Of a stretch of 64,000 bases of DNA, positions 50,405 to 60,366 are shown one piece after another; position 1 is the stretch's first letter; every line of letters begins with the position of its first letter. The stretch is from Candidatus Latescibacterota bacterium (GTDB taxonomy: Bacteria; Latescibacterota; UBA2968; GCA-2709665), in NCBI GenBank assembly GCA_965116875.1, contig OZ220733.1, positions 4,608,001 through 4,672,000 on the forward strand, read 5' to 3'. The notes below the pieces were generated by a model. That model was not told where the DNA came from. It worked only from the letters and a program-made list of their open reading frames with translations, and searched no databases. The position numbers were made by a program, and so were the translations under genes.

Positions 50405-50908
50405 TTTCTCCTCCCGTTTGGCATACACGATTGAGCCGAAATACAATATAGAACCAAAGTGACGATTGCCGCAAGAAAAAAATTTACTAGAAGTTACACG
50501 AATTTTCGCCAAACGGAATCTGGGTCAGAAGGCACGGAAATTCCTGTAATTGTTTGTTATTTATACAGTTATATATAATTTCGTCTATTTTATTGAATTT
50601 TAGACACTTACACGAATTATCCCAATTCGCATTCTCAGCTTTCGACGGCGCGAAAACACCACGTCCGGCCACGTCCGCTACAGGGTACGACGATCCGTGA
50701 GCGGAAATCCCGGCATTGTCTGAAGGTCGGTGTCGGCCAGCGGATCGCACTGGAAACGCAGTTGTCAATGCCGACACCGCAGCGGTTTGGCGGTGAAGGT
50801 GCGAGGTCGAACAGACGGTTTGGACACGGCCATTGCGGTATCGTCAAACCATACGCAATGTACCGGGGCGCGGAGTTGACGTCTGCCGACCACGCTCCGT
50901 TTTAAAAC

Positions 50909-52123
50909 TCAACCGTTTCGTAGTTCGTACAGGGCCTCGATAAGCCGGTCGACGTGGTCATAACCGTTGCAAATGTGGGTAGACACCCGGATCCAGTGGG
51001 CGCCATTGACTCGTTGCGTCGGTACGGTTATCCGGTATCGCTCATACAGGTCGAGGTGTTCGAAACCAGTCACCTGGAATGCCGAGATTGAACCGGACAT
51101 GCCGGGCCTGCACGGTGTGAGAAGTCTCGCCCAGCCCGTTGCCTCCAACCCTTCCCTCAGGTAGGCAGCGAGTGCCCGGCCTCTGCGCAGAATCCGGCGT
51201 TTTCCGATCCGCTCCTGGAAATCCACGGCTTCGCCAACCGCGATAAAACCGGCCTGATCCCGGGTTCCCCAGTTCTCGATTCCCCACATAAACGGACGGT
51301 CGTTGATCCGGAGCGATCCGTCCCCGCACCGTTTCGGCCCCGAGCGGCTGTATCCCCAGCTCACAATGATGGGATTCAAGCGCTCCTGCGCGTGTGGCGC
51401 GGCGTAAAGGAACCCCGTACCCTTGGGCGCGCACAGCCACTTGTGGCAGTTGCCGCCGTAAAAGTCACATTCAAGGGCATCCAGGTTCAGAGGGATCATA
51501 CCCGGTGCGTGGGCGCCGTCTACCGCAATCATCGCGCCACGCCGGTGGGCGAGGCGGGTCAACGCTCCGATTGGCGTTATCAGACCCGTACGGGTAAAGA
51601 TGTGGCTACAAAGTACCAGGCGGGTGCGAACGGTAAATTCAGATTCGAATGCACCCAGTATTGTATCGGGATTGTCGGCCTCCGGTGGGATTCTTGCGCG
51701 CCTGACCACAATCCCGTACCGTCGTTCCGCCTGATGAAGGCAATGGTCGATTGCGCCGTACTCATGGTTTGAAGCCAGAATCTCATCACCGGGCCGCCAG
51801 TCCAGACCGTTAACAACCATATTGATGGATACAGTAATATTGCAGGTGAATGCCACGTCCTCCGGTTGGGCGTTGATAAATTCGCCCAACCGGACGCGGC
51901 TCTCGTCCACGGCGTCCGAATGTTTCGCCCGATTCCGGATGGGGCTGCGTTCCACGTCCTTCAGGACCGCGATCATCTTCTCGAAAACCGGTCTGGGTTG
52001 CACGCCAACGGATCCGGTGTTGAGATAGACCTCATCGTCGTCGATCATATAGCCTGCGCGAACCTTCAGCCAGTAGACTTCCTCGTCCTCGGAAGTCGGC
52101 CAGTTCGTACCGCGTAGGTTCAC
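50909..52123 (-). CDS. Class V PLP enzyme (isopenicillin N epimerase/cysteine desulfurase-like)
   Basis: YLNTGSVG, HEY, VDGAHAPG and NCHKWLCAPKG; GTG after aggagg. Confidence 0.88.
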   Translation of the reverse strand: MNLRGTNWPTSEDEEVYWLKVRAGYMIDDDEVYLNTGSVGVQPRPVFEKMIAVLKDVERSPIRNRAKHSDAVDESRVRLGEFINAQPEDVAFTCNITVSINMVVNGLDWRPGDEILASNHEYGAIDHCLHQAERRYGIVVRRARIPPEADNPDTILGAFESEFTVRTRLVLCSHIFTRTGLITPIGALTRLAHRRGAMIAVDGAHAPGMIPLNLDALECDFYGGNCHKWLCAPKGTGFLYAAPHAQERLNPIIVSWGYSRSGPKRCGDGSLRINDRPFMWGIENWGTRDQAGFIAVGEAVDFQERIGKRRILRRGRALAAYLREGLEATGWARLLTPCRPGMSGSISAFQVTGFEHLDLYERYRITVPTQRVNGAHWIRVSTHICNGYDHVDRLIEALYELRNG

Positions 52124-52358
52124 CTGAACCTCCTGGAACGACGTTGAAGGAAGTTGAACGGCATCGGCCGGCGAACGCCGGGTACCGAAGCCGGGGACCC
52201 CGTTTATCCACAATTGTAATTTCCGGATTGAAGGTTTCCAAGTCCTTTGTGAACGACTCCGTCGCCAGCGGCGTCGCGACCGGCATTGCCTCTCCGCATT
52301 ACAGGGTCGACGCAAAATCCGCAGCTGGTTTTCGAGATCCGACCTGCCGTAACCCGCC

Positions 52359-52387
52359 TTGACAGCTACATTTATCTTGTCTATATT
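52359..52387 (+). promoter_or_regulatory. Putative sigma70 promoter of the formate dehydrogenase operon
   Basis: TTGACA-17 nt-TATATT with TG just upstream of the -10. Confidence 0.7.
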
Positions 52388-52476
52388 ATCCCGAACCACA
52401 ACAAGCGCTACCCTTGCTGGCCGGTCGCCGGCAGGCGCCGGTTTCCTGAAAAGTTGGCATCGACAGGGAGTGTGCA

Positions 52477-54141
52477 ATGGCGGACCCTTCGGACGCCGAA
52501 CTGGTTCGACGCTGGAAGGACGAACCCGCGCCTCTGTTGCCGTTGTTGCACGCGTTCCACGATCGGGATGGATATGTCTCAGATGAGGCCATCCGGTCGA
52601 TTGCCACCGGGTTGAAGACGCCACTGGCAGACTTGTTCGGCACCGTAACGTTCTACCACCACATCTCCCGCAAGCCGGGCGGACTTGACGAATTCCGGGT
52701 TTGCACCGGCCCCATATGCGCGCTTCGTGGCGCGCAGGAGTTGTGCGACGCGTTGGACGGCGTCCCAATGGCCTGCCCGGGCAGGTGTGACGAACCGGTA
52801 CCTGTGATTCAGAACCGCCGGGTCCTGGTGGGGACGAATGCCCGTCGCCTCAGGGAAGTCCCGACACCCCTGCCAGCGGAAAACCCGGGCGAACGGGAAG
52901 AGTGCGTCTTTCGTCATATTCGTGCGCCGAACCGCTCGAATCTCGAAGGGTATTGCGCGACACGCGGGTACGAAGGACTGAAGAGAGCAATTGCCCAGAT
53001 GAAGCCCGCTGATGTCGTGGAACGGGTCACGGAAAGCGGGCTGACAGGCCGCGGAGGCGCGGGCTTTCCCACGGGACCAAAGTGGGAGGCGGTTTCTGAA
53101 GCCGCGAGTGGTCCGAAAACGGTTGTCTGCAACGCCGATGAAGGAGAACCCGGGTGCTTCAAGGATCGGGCCCTGCTGGACTATGATCCTCACGCGGTGC
53201 TGGAGGGCATGGTCATCGCCGCGTACGCAACCGGCGCCACGCGCGGGTTCATCTACCTGCGATACGAATACCCGCAAACGCTGAGCATTCTGGATCGCGC
53301 CATCGAAGAAGCGGAGGCCGCCGGCTTGATTGGCGATGGTATACTGGGGTCGGGTCTCGACTTTCAGGTACATATCCGTCGAGGCGGGGGGGCGTATGTT
53401 TGCGGCGAGGAGGGATCGTTACTGAACAGCCTGGAGGGCAGGCATCCGTTTCCGAGAAACCGGCCGCCCTATCCCGTTACACACGGATTCGAGAACCTGC
53501 CGACGGCGGTGAATAACGTTGAAACGCTGGTTGCCGTACCTCAGATCATTCGAAAGGGCGCGGAGTGGTACCGGAATCTCGGGTTGAACGGTCAGCCAGG
53601 CACCAAAGTCATCAGTCTGTCGGGCGATATCGAGAATCCGGGTAACTACGAAGTCCCCTTCGGCCTGCCGCTGAGAACACTGCTTTGCGATTGGGGCGGC
53701 GGCGCCCCCGTTGGCCGGAGTATCCAAGCCGTCACCATGGCGGGACTGTCGGGTGGCTTTATTGCCGGCGAAGCGCTGGAAGCGACTCTCGACGAGCCCA
53801 GTCTGCGGGGATACGGGTCGTTTCTGGGCGCGGGGGGCATCATCGTATTTGACGACAGCAGGGACATGGTTGAGGTTGCCCACACCGCGATGGCCTTTTT
53901 CGCGGACGAGTCCTGCGGCAAGTGTTTCCCGTGCCGCATTGGCACCCGCCGGTTGGTCGAGCGGCTGAGCGGTGTTGGCGGACCGGGGCAGGTGGGGCAG
54001 TGGCGGGCCGAAGTGCATGATATCGGCCAGACCATGATGGCCACCAGCGCGTGCGGCCTGGGAACTGCGGCGCCTCTGGTGACGGAAAGCCTGATGAAGT
54101 ATTTTCCGGATCAGGTCGAAGGGCACGTTTCGCGGCAGTAG
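52477..54141 (+). CDS. Fused NuoE/NuoF-like diaphorase subunit of NAD-dependent formate dehydrogenase
   Basis: N-terminal TFY..CTGPIC..CPGRC (2Fe-2S), GRGGAGFP, NADEGEPG, YVCGEE and ESCGKCFPCR. Confidence 0.92.
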   Translation: MADPSDAELVRRWKDEPAPLLPLLHAFHDRDGYVSDEAIRSIATGLKTPLADLFGTVTFYHHISRKPGGLDEFRVCTGPICALRGAQELCDALDGVPMACPGRCDEPVPVIQNRRVLVGTNARRLREVPTPLPAENPGEREECVFRHIRAPNRSNLEGYCATRGYEGLKRAIAQMKPADVVERVTESGLTGRGGAGFPTGPKWEAVSEAASGPKTVVCNADEGEPGCFKDRALLDYDPHAVLEGMVIAAYATGATRGFIYLRYEYPQTLSILDRAIEEAEAAGLIGDGILGSGLDFQVHIRRGGGAYVCGEEGSLLNSLEGRHPFPRNRPPYPVTHGFENLPTAVNNVETLVAVPQIIRKGAEWYRNLGLNGQPGTKVISLSGDIENPGNYEVPFGLPLRTLLCDWGGGAPVGRSIQAVTMAGLSGGFIAGEALEATLDEPSLRGYGSFLGAGGIIVFDDSRDMVEVAHTAMAFFADESCGKCFPCRIGTRRLVERLSGVGGPGQVGQWRAEVHDIGQTMMATSACGLGTAAPLVTESLMKYFPDQVEGHVSRQ

Positions 54142-54189
54142 TCCGTTCCGGTGTGGGTACAACGCACGTACGCGGGAAGGCGGTGCGTA

Positions 54190-56928
54190 ATGGTCGAAGA
54201 CGGGGAAAGAGCCAAAACGGCTACGATAACCCTTGACGGCGAGACGGTCTCGTACTCCGACGGAGAAACCGTCTTCGACGTTGCGCAGAGGCACTCGAAA
54301 TCTGTGCCGACCCTGTGTTATGACGCTCGGCTGGAACCTTTCGGAAGTTGCCGCCTCTGCGTGGTGGATGTGGAAGGCGCCCGGACTCCCGTGGCTTCCT
54401 GCACGACGCCCGCAACGCCGGGGATGGTCGTTCGATCGGAGACGGATGCGATACGGAAGTATCGAAAGGTGTTGCTGGAGATGGTGGCGTCGGAAAACCC
54501 CGGGATCGACGTGGACCCCCTCAGCGGGTATGCCTCGCAGGAACTCTCCACGCTTGTGGATCGATACGGCGCGCGGACCGGCAGGTTTAACGGTTCTCAT
54601 TCCGGACGCAGCAAGGTGGAGGACGACAATCCGTTTCTGTTGAGGGACTACGACAAATGTATCTCCTGCTACCGCTGCGTCCGTGTGTGCTCCGAGCAGG
54701 AGGGAGACGATGCGATCAGCGTGATGGGCCGCGGATTCGATACGCAGATCGTAACCGAATTCGACGGCCTGCTGAAGGAATCGTCCTGTACGTTCTGCGG
54801 GCAGTGCATTCAGACCTGTCCCACGGGCGCGCTTGCCGACAAGAAGGCGTTGCGGGCCTCCGGCGAATCGGGAAAAATAGAAAAGACACGCACAATCTGC
54901 CCGTATTGCGGGGTGGGGTGTTCCGTGGACCTGATGACCCGGAAGGAGAGAATCGTGGGCATCCAGCCCGCGATGGACGGCCCCGCGAACCAGGGTGCGC
55001 TTTGTGTCAAGGGACAGTTTGCGTTCGACTTCGTGCACCACCGCGATCGCCTGAAGGCGCCGCTTGTGCGACGCGAAGACGGCAGGCTGCACGAAGCGAA
55101 TTGGGACGAGGCCCTGGATCGCGCGGCTCGGGGATTCAGCGATGCGAGAGCGAATCACGGGAAATTCAGCGCGTACGGAGTGGCGTCGGGTCGGGCGCCT
55201 ACCGAGGCTGCGTACGTGATGGGGAAATTCATCCGCGCCGGATTCGGTACCAATTACATAGACAATTGCAGCCGTGCCTGACACGCCCCTACGGTTGCCG
55301 GTCTGGCAGCCACGATCGGAAGGGGCGCGATGTCGAATCCGCTGGTCGATATGGACAAGCCCGATGTGTTCTTCTGCATCGGGACGAACATGACCGAGTG
55401 TCATCCGGTGGCCGCCACGCGACTGAAGAAAGCAATACGGGGCGGCGCAAAGCTGATCGTTGCAGATCCAAGGCGCATTCCGCTGGCGGAGATGGCGGAT
55501 CTCTTTCTGCCGCTGCGGGTCGGATCGGATGTGGCTCTCCTGCTGGCAATGGCTCATGTCATTGCGCGGGAAGGGTTGATCGACAGCGACTTTGTCAATA
55601 GCCGGACGGTGAAGTCTGAAGAGTTCATTGAGCATGTCAAGGAGTATCCTCCTGAATGGGCTGAGCGGATTACAGGAGTGCCGGCGAAGGATATCGAACT
55701 CGCCGCGATCTGGTACGGCAAGGCGGACCGGGGGGCGATTTACTATACGCTGGGAATAACCGAGCATATCTGCGGTGTGGACAATGTCCAATGCCTCTGT
55801 AATCTGGCCCTGATGACGGGGAACGTGGGGCGGGAAGGCACGGGGATCAATCCGATGCGCGGCCAGAACAACATCCAGGGCGCGGGCGATTCAGGAGCCA
55901 TTCCGGATAAATTCCCCGGGTTCCAGCCGTGCGACGACACGGAGAATGCAGAGAAATTCTCGAGGCTCTACGGACAGCGTCTGGAAGCGGAAACGGGGAT
56001 TACGAAGGTGGCGGCTTTGAACCAATGCGGCGACCGGATCCGCGCTATGCTGATCGACGGGGAGAACACGGTCGTGTCCGATCCGGACCGCGTGCATTGC
56101 ACGCACGCATTGCAGAGCCTGGACCACCTGGTGGTGATCGACATTTTCCTGACCGAAACCGCGGAACTTGCCGACGTGGTGCTGCCGGCAACGGCATGGG
56201 GGGAAACAGACGGGACGTGTACGAATACGGAACGACGCGTCCAGCGGTTGCGTGCCGCGGTCCCGGCTCCGGGAGAAGCCCGTCCTGACTGGTGGATCAT
56301 AAGCGAGATCGCGAAACGGATGGGAACGCCCGGATTCGAATACGCTTCCGCTGAAGACGTGTTCAACGAACTGTGCAGCGTGTCCCCAATATACGAAGGG
56401 TTGGATTGGGACCGGATCAAGCACGGCCGGTATCATTGGCCGGTCCCGGAAGCCGGTCATCCGGGCACGCCGACGTTGCACCAGATCGAGTTTGAAAATG
56501 GCCGGGGAATCTTCACGAAGCATCGCTATCGCAATCCTGCGGAGACCGTCAGCGACGACTTTCCGGTATGGCTCACGACCGGACGCAGGTTGCATGCCTA
56601 CCATACGCGGACTCAGACCGGCCGGGCGGCAGGCATGGACTATTTTCTGTGCGAAGAGACGCTGGAGGTGCATCCGTCGGACGTGGCGGCATGGGGTCTT
56701 TCAGACGATGGCTGGTGTCAGATGTCGAGCGCGCGGGGATCCATAAAGATCAAGGTGAAAGCGACCCGCCAGTCGCCGCGAGGCACCGTGTTCGCGAGTT
56801 TTGGTTTCAATGATGTTCCGGTGAACGTGTTAACAGGATCCGGCTACGATCCGGTCACGGAGACTGCCGAATTGAAGGTGTGTCCGGTTCGCATTGAAGC
56901 GATTGTGGCGGAACCACATACACCCTGA
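54190..56928 (+). CDS. fdhF: Formate dehydrogenase alpha subunit, selenocysteine-containing (about 912 aa, Sec at codon 364)
   Basis: ORFs 54151-55281 and 55330-56928 are in one frame, joined by TGA in IDNCSRA-U-HAPTVAGL; N-terminal NuoG-like Fe-S domains, CPYCGVGC, MRGQNNIQG. Confidence 0.95.
55282..55315 (+). promoter_or_regulatory. Bacterial SECIS element
   Basis: TGA cacgcccctac ggttgcc-ggtct-ggcagcc hairpin, similar in sequence and spacing to the E. coli fdhF SECIS. Confidence 0.88.
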
Positions 56929-56936
56929 GGATAAAG

Positions 56937-57764
56937 TTGAATCCGGGGATTACACATCGCGTGGTTTCGAGGATGGATGACAGCTGTCCGCCGCGTTCGA
57001 TCCACGACGAACTCGCAGTAGAAGAACCCCTGGAGATCCGCGTTGCGGGGGATCCGGTTGCCGTTACCATGCGTTCGCCGGGAGAAGATGCGCGGCTGGC
57101 GGTGGGTTTTCTGTTCTCGGAAGGGATCATCGCGTCGGTCGAGGACGTCGGGAGGGTCTTTCACTGCGGACGACCGGGGACTGAAGGATACGGCAACGCC
57201 ATCGACGTGCTCCCCGCGCCCGGCCACAGTCTTGATATCGATCGTGTGAGTGCCAGCCGGCGCGGCACACTCACCACGTCGGCGTGCGGCGTCTGTGGCA
57301 GACAGGACGTTGCAGACCTGGTGGCGCGCTGTTCCGTGTTGCCGCCCGGGCCGAAGATTGCGGCAGAATTGCTCATCGAATCGATCGACGGGATGGGACG
57401 GATCCAGCCCACATTCTCCCATACAGGTGGCGTACACGCCGCCGCCGCGTTCGATCGGGATGGGCGTGCGCTTGTGTGCTCGGAGGATGTTGGCCGCCAT
57501 AACGCCGTGGATAAGTCCGTAGGGGCCCTGCTGTTCGACCGGTTGGTCGGTGCGCCGGCGGGAGCCGTCCTGCTGGCCGTAAGCGGCAGAGCCAGTTTTG
57601 AGATCGTGCAGAAAGCGGCGGTCGCTCGCATACCCGTTGTCGCAAGCGTCTCAGCGGCCAGCTCTCTTGCGGTCGATCTTGCATCCGACGTGGGTATTAC
57701 CCTCGCGGGTTTCGTTCGACAGAAGGGGTTCAACCTGTACGCGCACCCGGAACGGGTCATATAA
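56937..57764 (+). CDS. fdhD: Formate dehydrogenase accessory sulfurtransferase
   Basis: EEPLEI, SACGVCG, TGGVHAA and EDVGRHNAVDK. Confidence 0.95.
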   Translation: MNPGITHRVVSRMDDSCPPRSIHDELAVEEPLEIRVAGDPVAVTMRSPGEDARLAVGFLFSEGIIASVEDVGRVFHCGRPGTEGYGNAIDVLPAPGHSLDIDRVSASRRGTLTTSACGVCGRQDVADLVARCSVLPPGPKIAAELLIESIDGMGRIQPTFSHTGGVHAAAAFDRDGRALVCSEDVGRHNAVDKSVGALLFDRLVGAPAGAVLLAVSGRASFEIVQKAAVARIPVVASVSAASSLAVDLASDVGITLAGFVRQKGFNLYAHPERVI

Positions 57765-57777
57765 CAAGGAGAAGGCG

Positions 57778-58005
57778 ATGCCTATATTCGAATTCATCTG
57801 CAGCAACTGCCGTCATCCCTTCGAGACGCTCATCCAGGGCGGCCAGGAACCAGACTGCCCTTCCTGCGGCAGCAGCGATCTCAAAAAGCAGCTATCGGTG
57901 TTTGCGGTAAGCGGCGGCAGTGGTCAAACCGATGCGAGTGCGGTCCCTGGACCATGCGGAACCTGCGGAGACCCCAGAGGCCCCGGTGCATGTTCGCTGA
58001 ATTAG
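57778..58005 (+). CDS. FmdB family zinc-ribbon protein
   Basis: MPIFEFICSNC..FE..CPSCGS plus C-terminal CGTC..C; aaggag RBS. Confidence 0.9.
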   Translation: MPIFEFICSNCRHPFETLIQGGQEPDCPSCGSSDLKKQLSVFAVSGGSGQTDASAVPGPCGTCGDPRGPGACSLN

Positions 58006-58207
58006 CCCCGATTCAAACGAAACAGCCAACGCGGCAACCCGACCAGGACTCCCGAATCCGGGTGCAAGAGACGTCCAATAGGACGCTTTTTCAGTTCACG
58101 TACAATAACCTGATGTATCCTGGGTATCCGTAGTCAAATTGTCTTTATCCACGTACGTATAGTCGGCTTTACGTACCCTGAAAATGACGAATGGAGTTTG
58201 GCCTTTG

Positions 58208-58235
58208 AATCCCGGTTCGGAACACCGGGATTTTT
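58208..58235 (+). terminator. Intrinsic terminator-like hairpin
   Basis: aatcccggt...accgggatt followed by tttt. Confidence 0.5.
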
Positions 58236-58484
58236 CGTGTACAAACATCCGAGGAATCAGGGTGATTATCGAATTCAGCGATGGTCCTGCAGGTTGTCGG
58301 CGACGTGAAGGTTGTGAGAATTGCATTTGTGCATTCGGCCGTTCCGGGCTATCTTTGGCGGAGTTGGTCCATTCGCGCGTCACCACCATGGGATGGGTCC
58401 TCATCGTAATTTTCACTGTCGTTGCGGGCGAACTGGAACAGTCGACGGATGGCCGGGCTTCCGGCGCATCGGAGCGGAACCCGC

Positions 58485-60233
58485 ATGGTCGGCATCTTCT
58501 CGAAAGCATACCTTCGCATCCGGCAATCCATTGTCGAGGACCGTTGTGTGATTCTGGATGGCGGTGTTGCCACTGAACTGGACCGCCTGGGGCTTCAGGA
58601 TCACGCCATAAGCGATCACAGCCTTTGGGGTACGTGGGCACTGTACCACGAACCCTACAAGGTACTGGATGTGCACCGGCGATTCGTTGAAGTCGGATGT
58701 GACGTCATTTCAACCAATACCTGGGGAATTCTCGAGGGGCACGGGATTGAAGAGGAAAGGCCGATCCCGGAAGCGGGGATATCGCATTGGATGGACGTAG
58801 CGCGACGCGGGCTCGGTCTGGCTCGCCAGGCGCGCCAGGAGTTGGGCAGGGAAGACGAATGTGCCGTTGCGTTCAGCGTTAACGGAGACATCGAAACGGC
58901 CCAGCGGCTGGAGCGTTTACAACTGCTGACAAGGGTGTTTGCAGACGATCCGCCCGACCTTGTATTGATGGAGACAATGTCAATCCTTCGGGAGGACCTT
59001 ACGCTTCCGGCAATCGAAATGATGATTCAGACGGGTGTTCCGGTATGGCTGAGCTTCCGGCGCTGCAGAAAGGGTCTGTGCGGCGTACACGGACAGCACT
59101 GGGGCGGACCGGAGGGTGACTATTTCGGCAGACTGGCCGGCCGGTTCCAGCGGATGGGAATTGGCGCCTTGTTGATCAATTGCCTGCCGGTGGAACACGT
59201 ACCGGGGATGATCTCGTGGCTCAGGGATTTTACGGATCTGCCGCTGGGCGTGTACCCGAATCTGGGGCGTTACCTGGACCCGGGCTGGAAAGCTGACGAA
59301 AACGTGGGACCCCGGCGCTTTGCCGCGCTGGCCGGCGCCTGGCGCGAAGAAGGCGCGCAGATCGTTGGCGGGTGCTGCGGCGTCACGCCGGATCACATCA
59401 ACGAAGCCAGGAAAACGCTGGCTTGCACCCGGCCGGGTCGAATGCGGGTACAGCCGCGGACATCCCGGGCGCCCGGAAGCAGAAAGGATGATGCCGTCGT
59501 CCCGGGTCCATGGGCGGACGAGGACGGGAGGGCGCTCTTTCCGTTGCCGTTCCCTGAAATTGTGTGCGACCCTGGCGTCTTCGCGCCCACGCAGGGGAGC
59601 TTTCTGATCTGGAAGCACCTCTTTCGAACGGGCGCCGGCCGGGGCAAGAGTTGTCTGGACGTGGGGTGCGGCACCGGAATCCTGTCCGTACAACTCGCAT
59701 TGAACGGAGCGGAACAGGTCCAGGCAATCGATATACAGAAAGAAGCCATCGGGAATACAATGACGAACGCTTTTCGCAACGGCGTGGCCGACCGTATTTC
59801 CGGACGGGTTGTGGATCTCTACACCTATATTCCGGAACAGCGTTATGACCTGGTGATCGGCAGCCTTTATCAGATGCCGGTGGATCCGATCCGTCAGTCA
59901 GCCGGACACCGGCCCGCGGATTTCTGGGGCAGGAATCTGCTCGATCACCTGGTCGCCCTGCTGCCGGAGATGCTGGCCGACAACGGCATAGCCTATCTGA
60001 TGCAGATTTCGGCATTGAGTCAGATTCGGACCTCGGAACTGGTTTCGGCCGCGGGGCTGGATGCAAGGGTCATCGATTTCAGCTTTTTTCATTTCGGCCC
60101 GTTATTCGACGAAAACCAGGATCAGATCAGACGGGTCGCCGAATTGTCGGACGCCTTTTACCTGAGTTTTGGTGGGGAAAACGTGATGGTGATGTACCTG
60201 CTGGAATTAAGGGCTGCCGGACGGAATCGATAG
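58485..60233 (+). CDS. Homocysteine S-methyltransferase domain fused to a class I SAM-dependent methyltransferase
   Basis: N-terminal LDGGVATEL, INC, YPNLG, GGCCG; C-terminal PGVFAP and LDVGCGTG. Confidence 0.85.
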   Translation: MVGIFSKAYLRIRQSIVEDRCVILDGGVATELDRLGLQDHAISDHSLWGTWALYHEPYKVLDVHRRFVEVGCDVISTNTWGILEGHGIEEERPIPEAGISHWMDVARRGLGLARQARQELGREDECAVAFSVNGDIETAQRLERLQLLTRVFADDPPDLVLMETMSILREDLTLPAIEMMIQTGVPVWLSFRRCRKGLCGVHGQHWGGPEGDYFGRLAGRFQRMGIGALLINCLPVEHVPGMISWLRDFTDLPLGVYPNLGRYLDPGWKADENVGPRRFAALAGAWREEGAQIVGGCCGVTPDHINEARKTLACTRPGRMRVQPRTSRAPGSRKDDAVVPGPWADEDGRALFPLPFPEIVCDPGVFAPTQGSFLIWKHLFRTGAGRGKSCLDVGCGTGILSVQLALNGAEQVQAIDIQKEAIGNTMTNAFRNGVADRISGRVVDLYTYIPEQRYDLVIGSLYQMPVDPIRQSAGHRPADFWGRNLLDHLVALLPEMLADNGIAYLMQISALSQIRTSELVSAAGLDARVIDFSFFHFGPLFDENQDQIRRVAELSDAFYLSFGGENVMVMYLLELRAAGRNR

Positions 60234-60366
60234 CCGCGCCGGTTTCTTCGAACGCCGTGCGGTCCAGTTTGCAGTGTAGAGATGTCCGCCCCGGCCGTGT
60301 CCGGCGCGTAGAAGCGGCTTGTTACGGCAGGACGAATTCCCCGCTTGCAGAATCGGGAATCGCTTT

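Noticed and set aside
52204-52212. DnaA box TTATCCACA / replication origin
   Set aside because: Single box with no cluster and no dnaA context
52124-52768. N-terminal 215 aa of the 619-aa ORF
   Set aside because: Overlaps the FDH promoter and gene; family similarity and an RBS point to GTG 52123
53419-55791. 790-aa minus strand ORF
   Set aside because: Antisense shadow of the FDH genes
54151-56928. FDH alpha as two genes or a pseudogene
   Set aside because: Same frame, TGA at the catalytic position and a SECIS present, so it is one selenoprotein
58006-58484. SAM/SAH riboswitch upstream of the homocysteine methyltransferase
   Set aside because: I could not find SAM-I, SAM-II or SAH consensus elements; an Rfam scan would settle it
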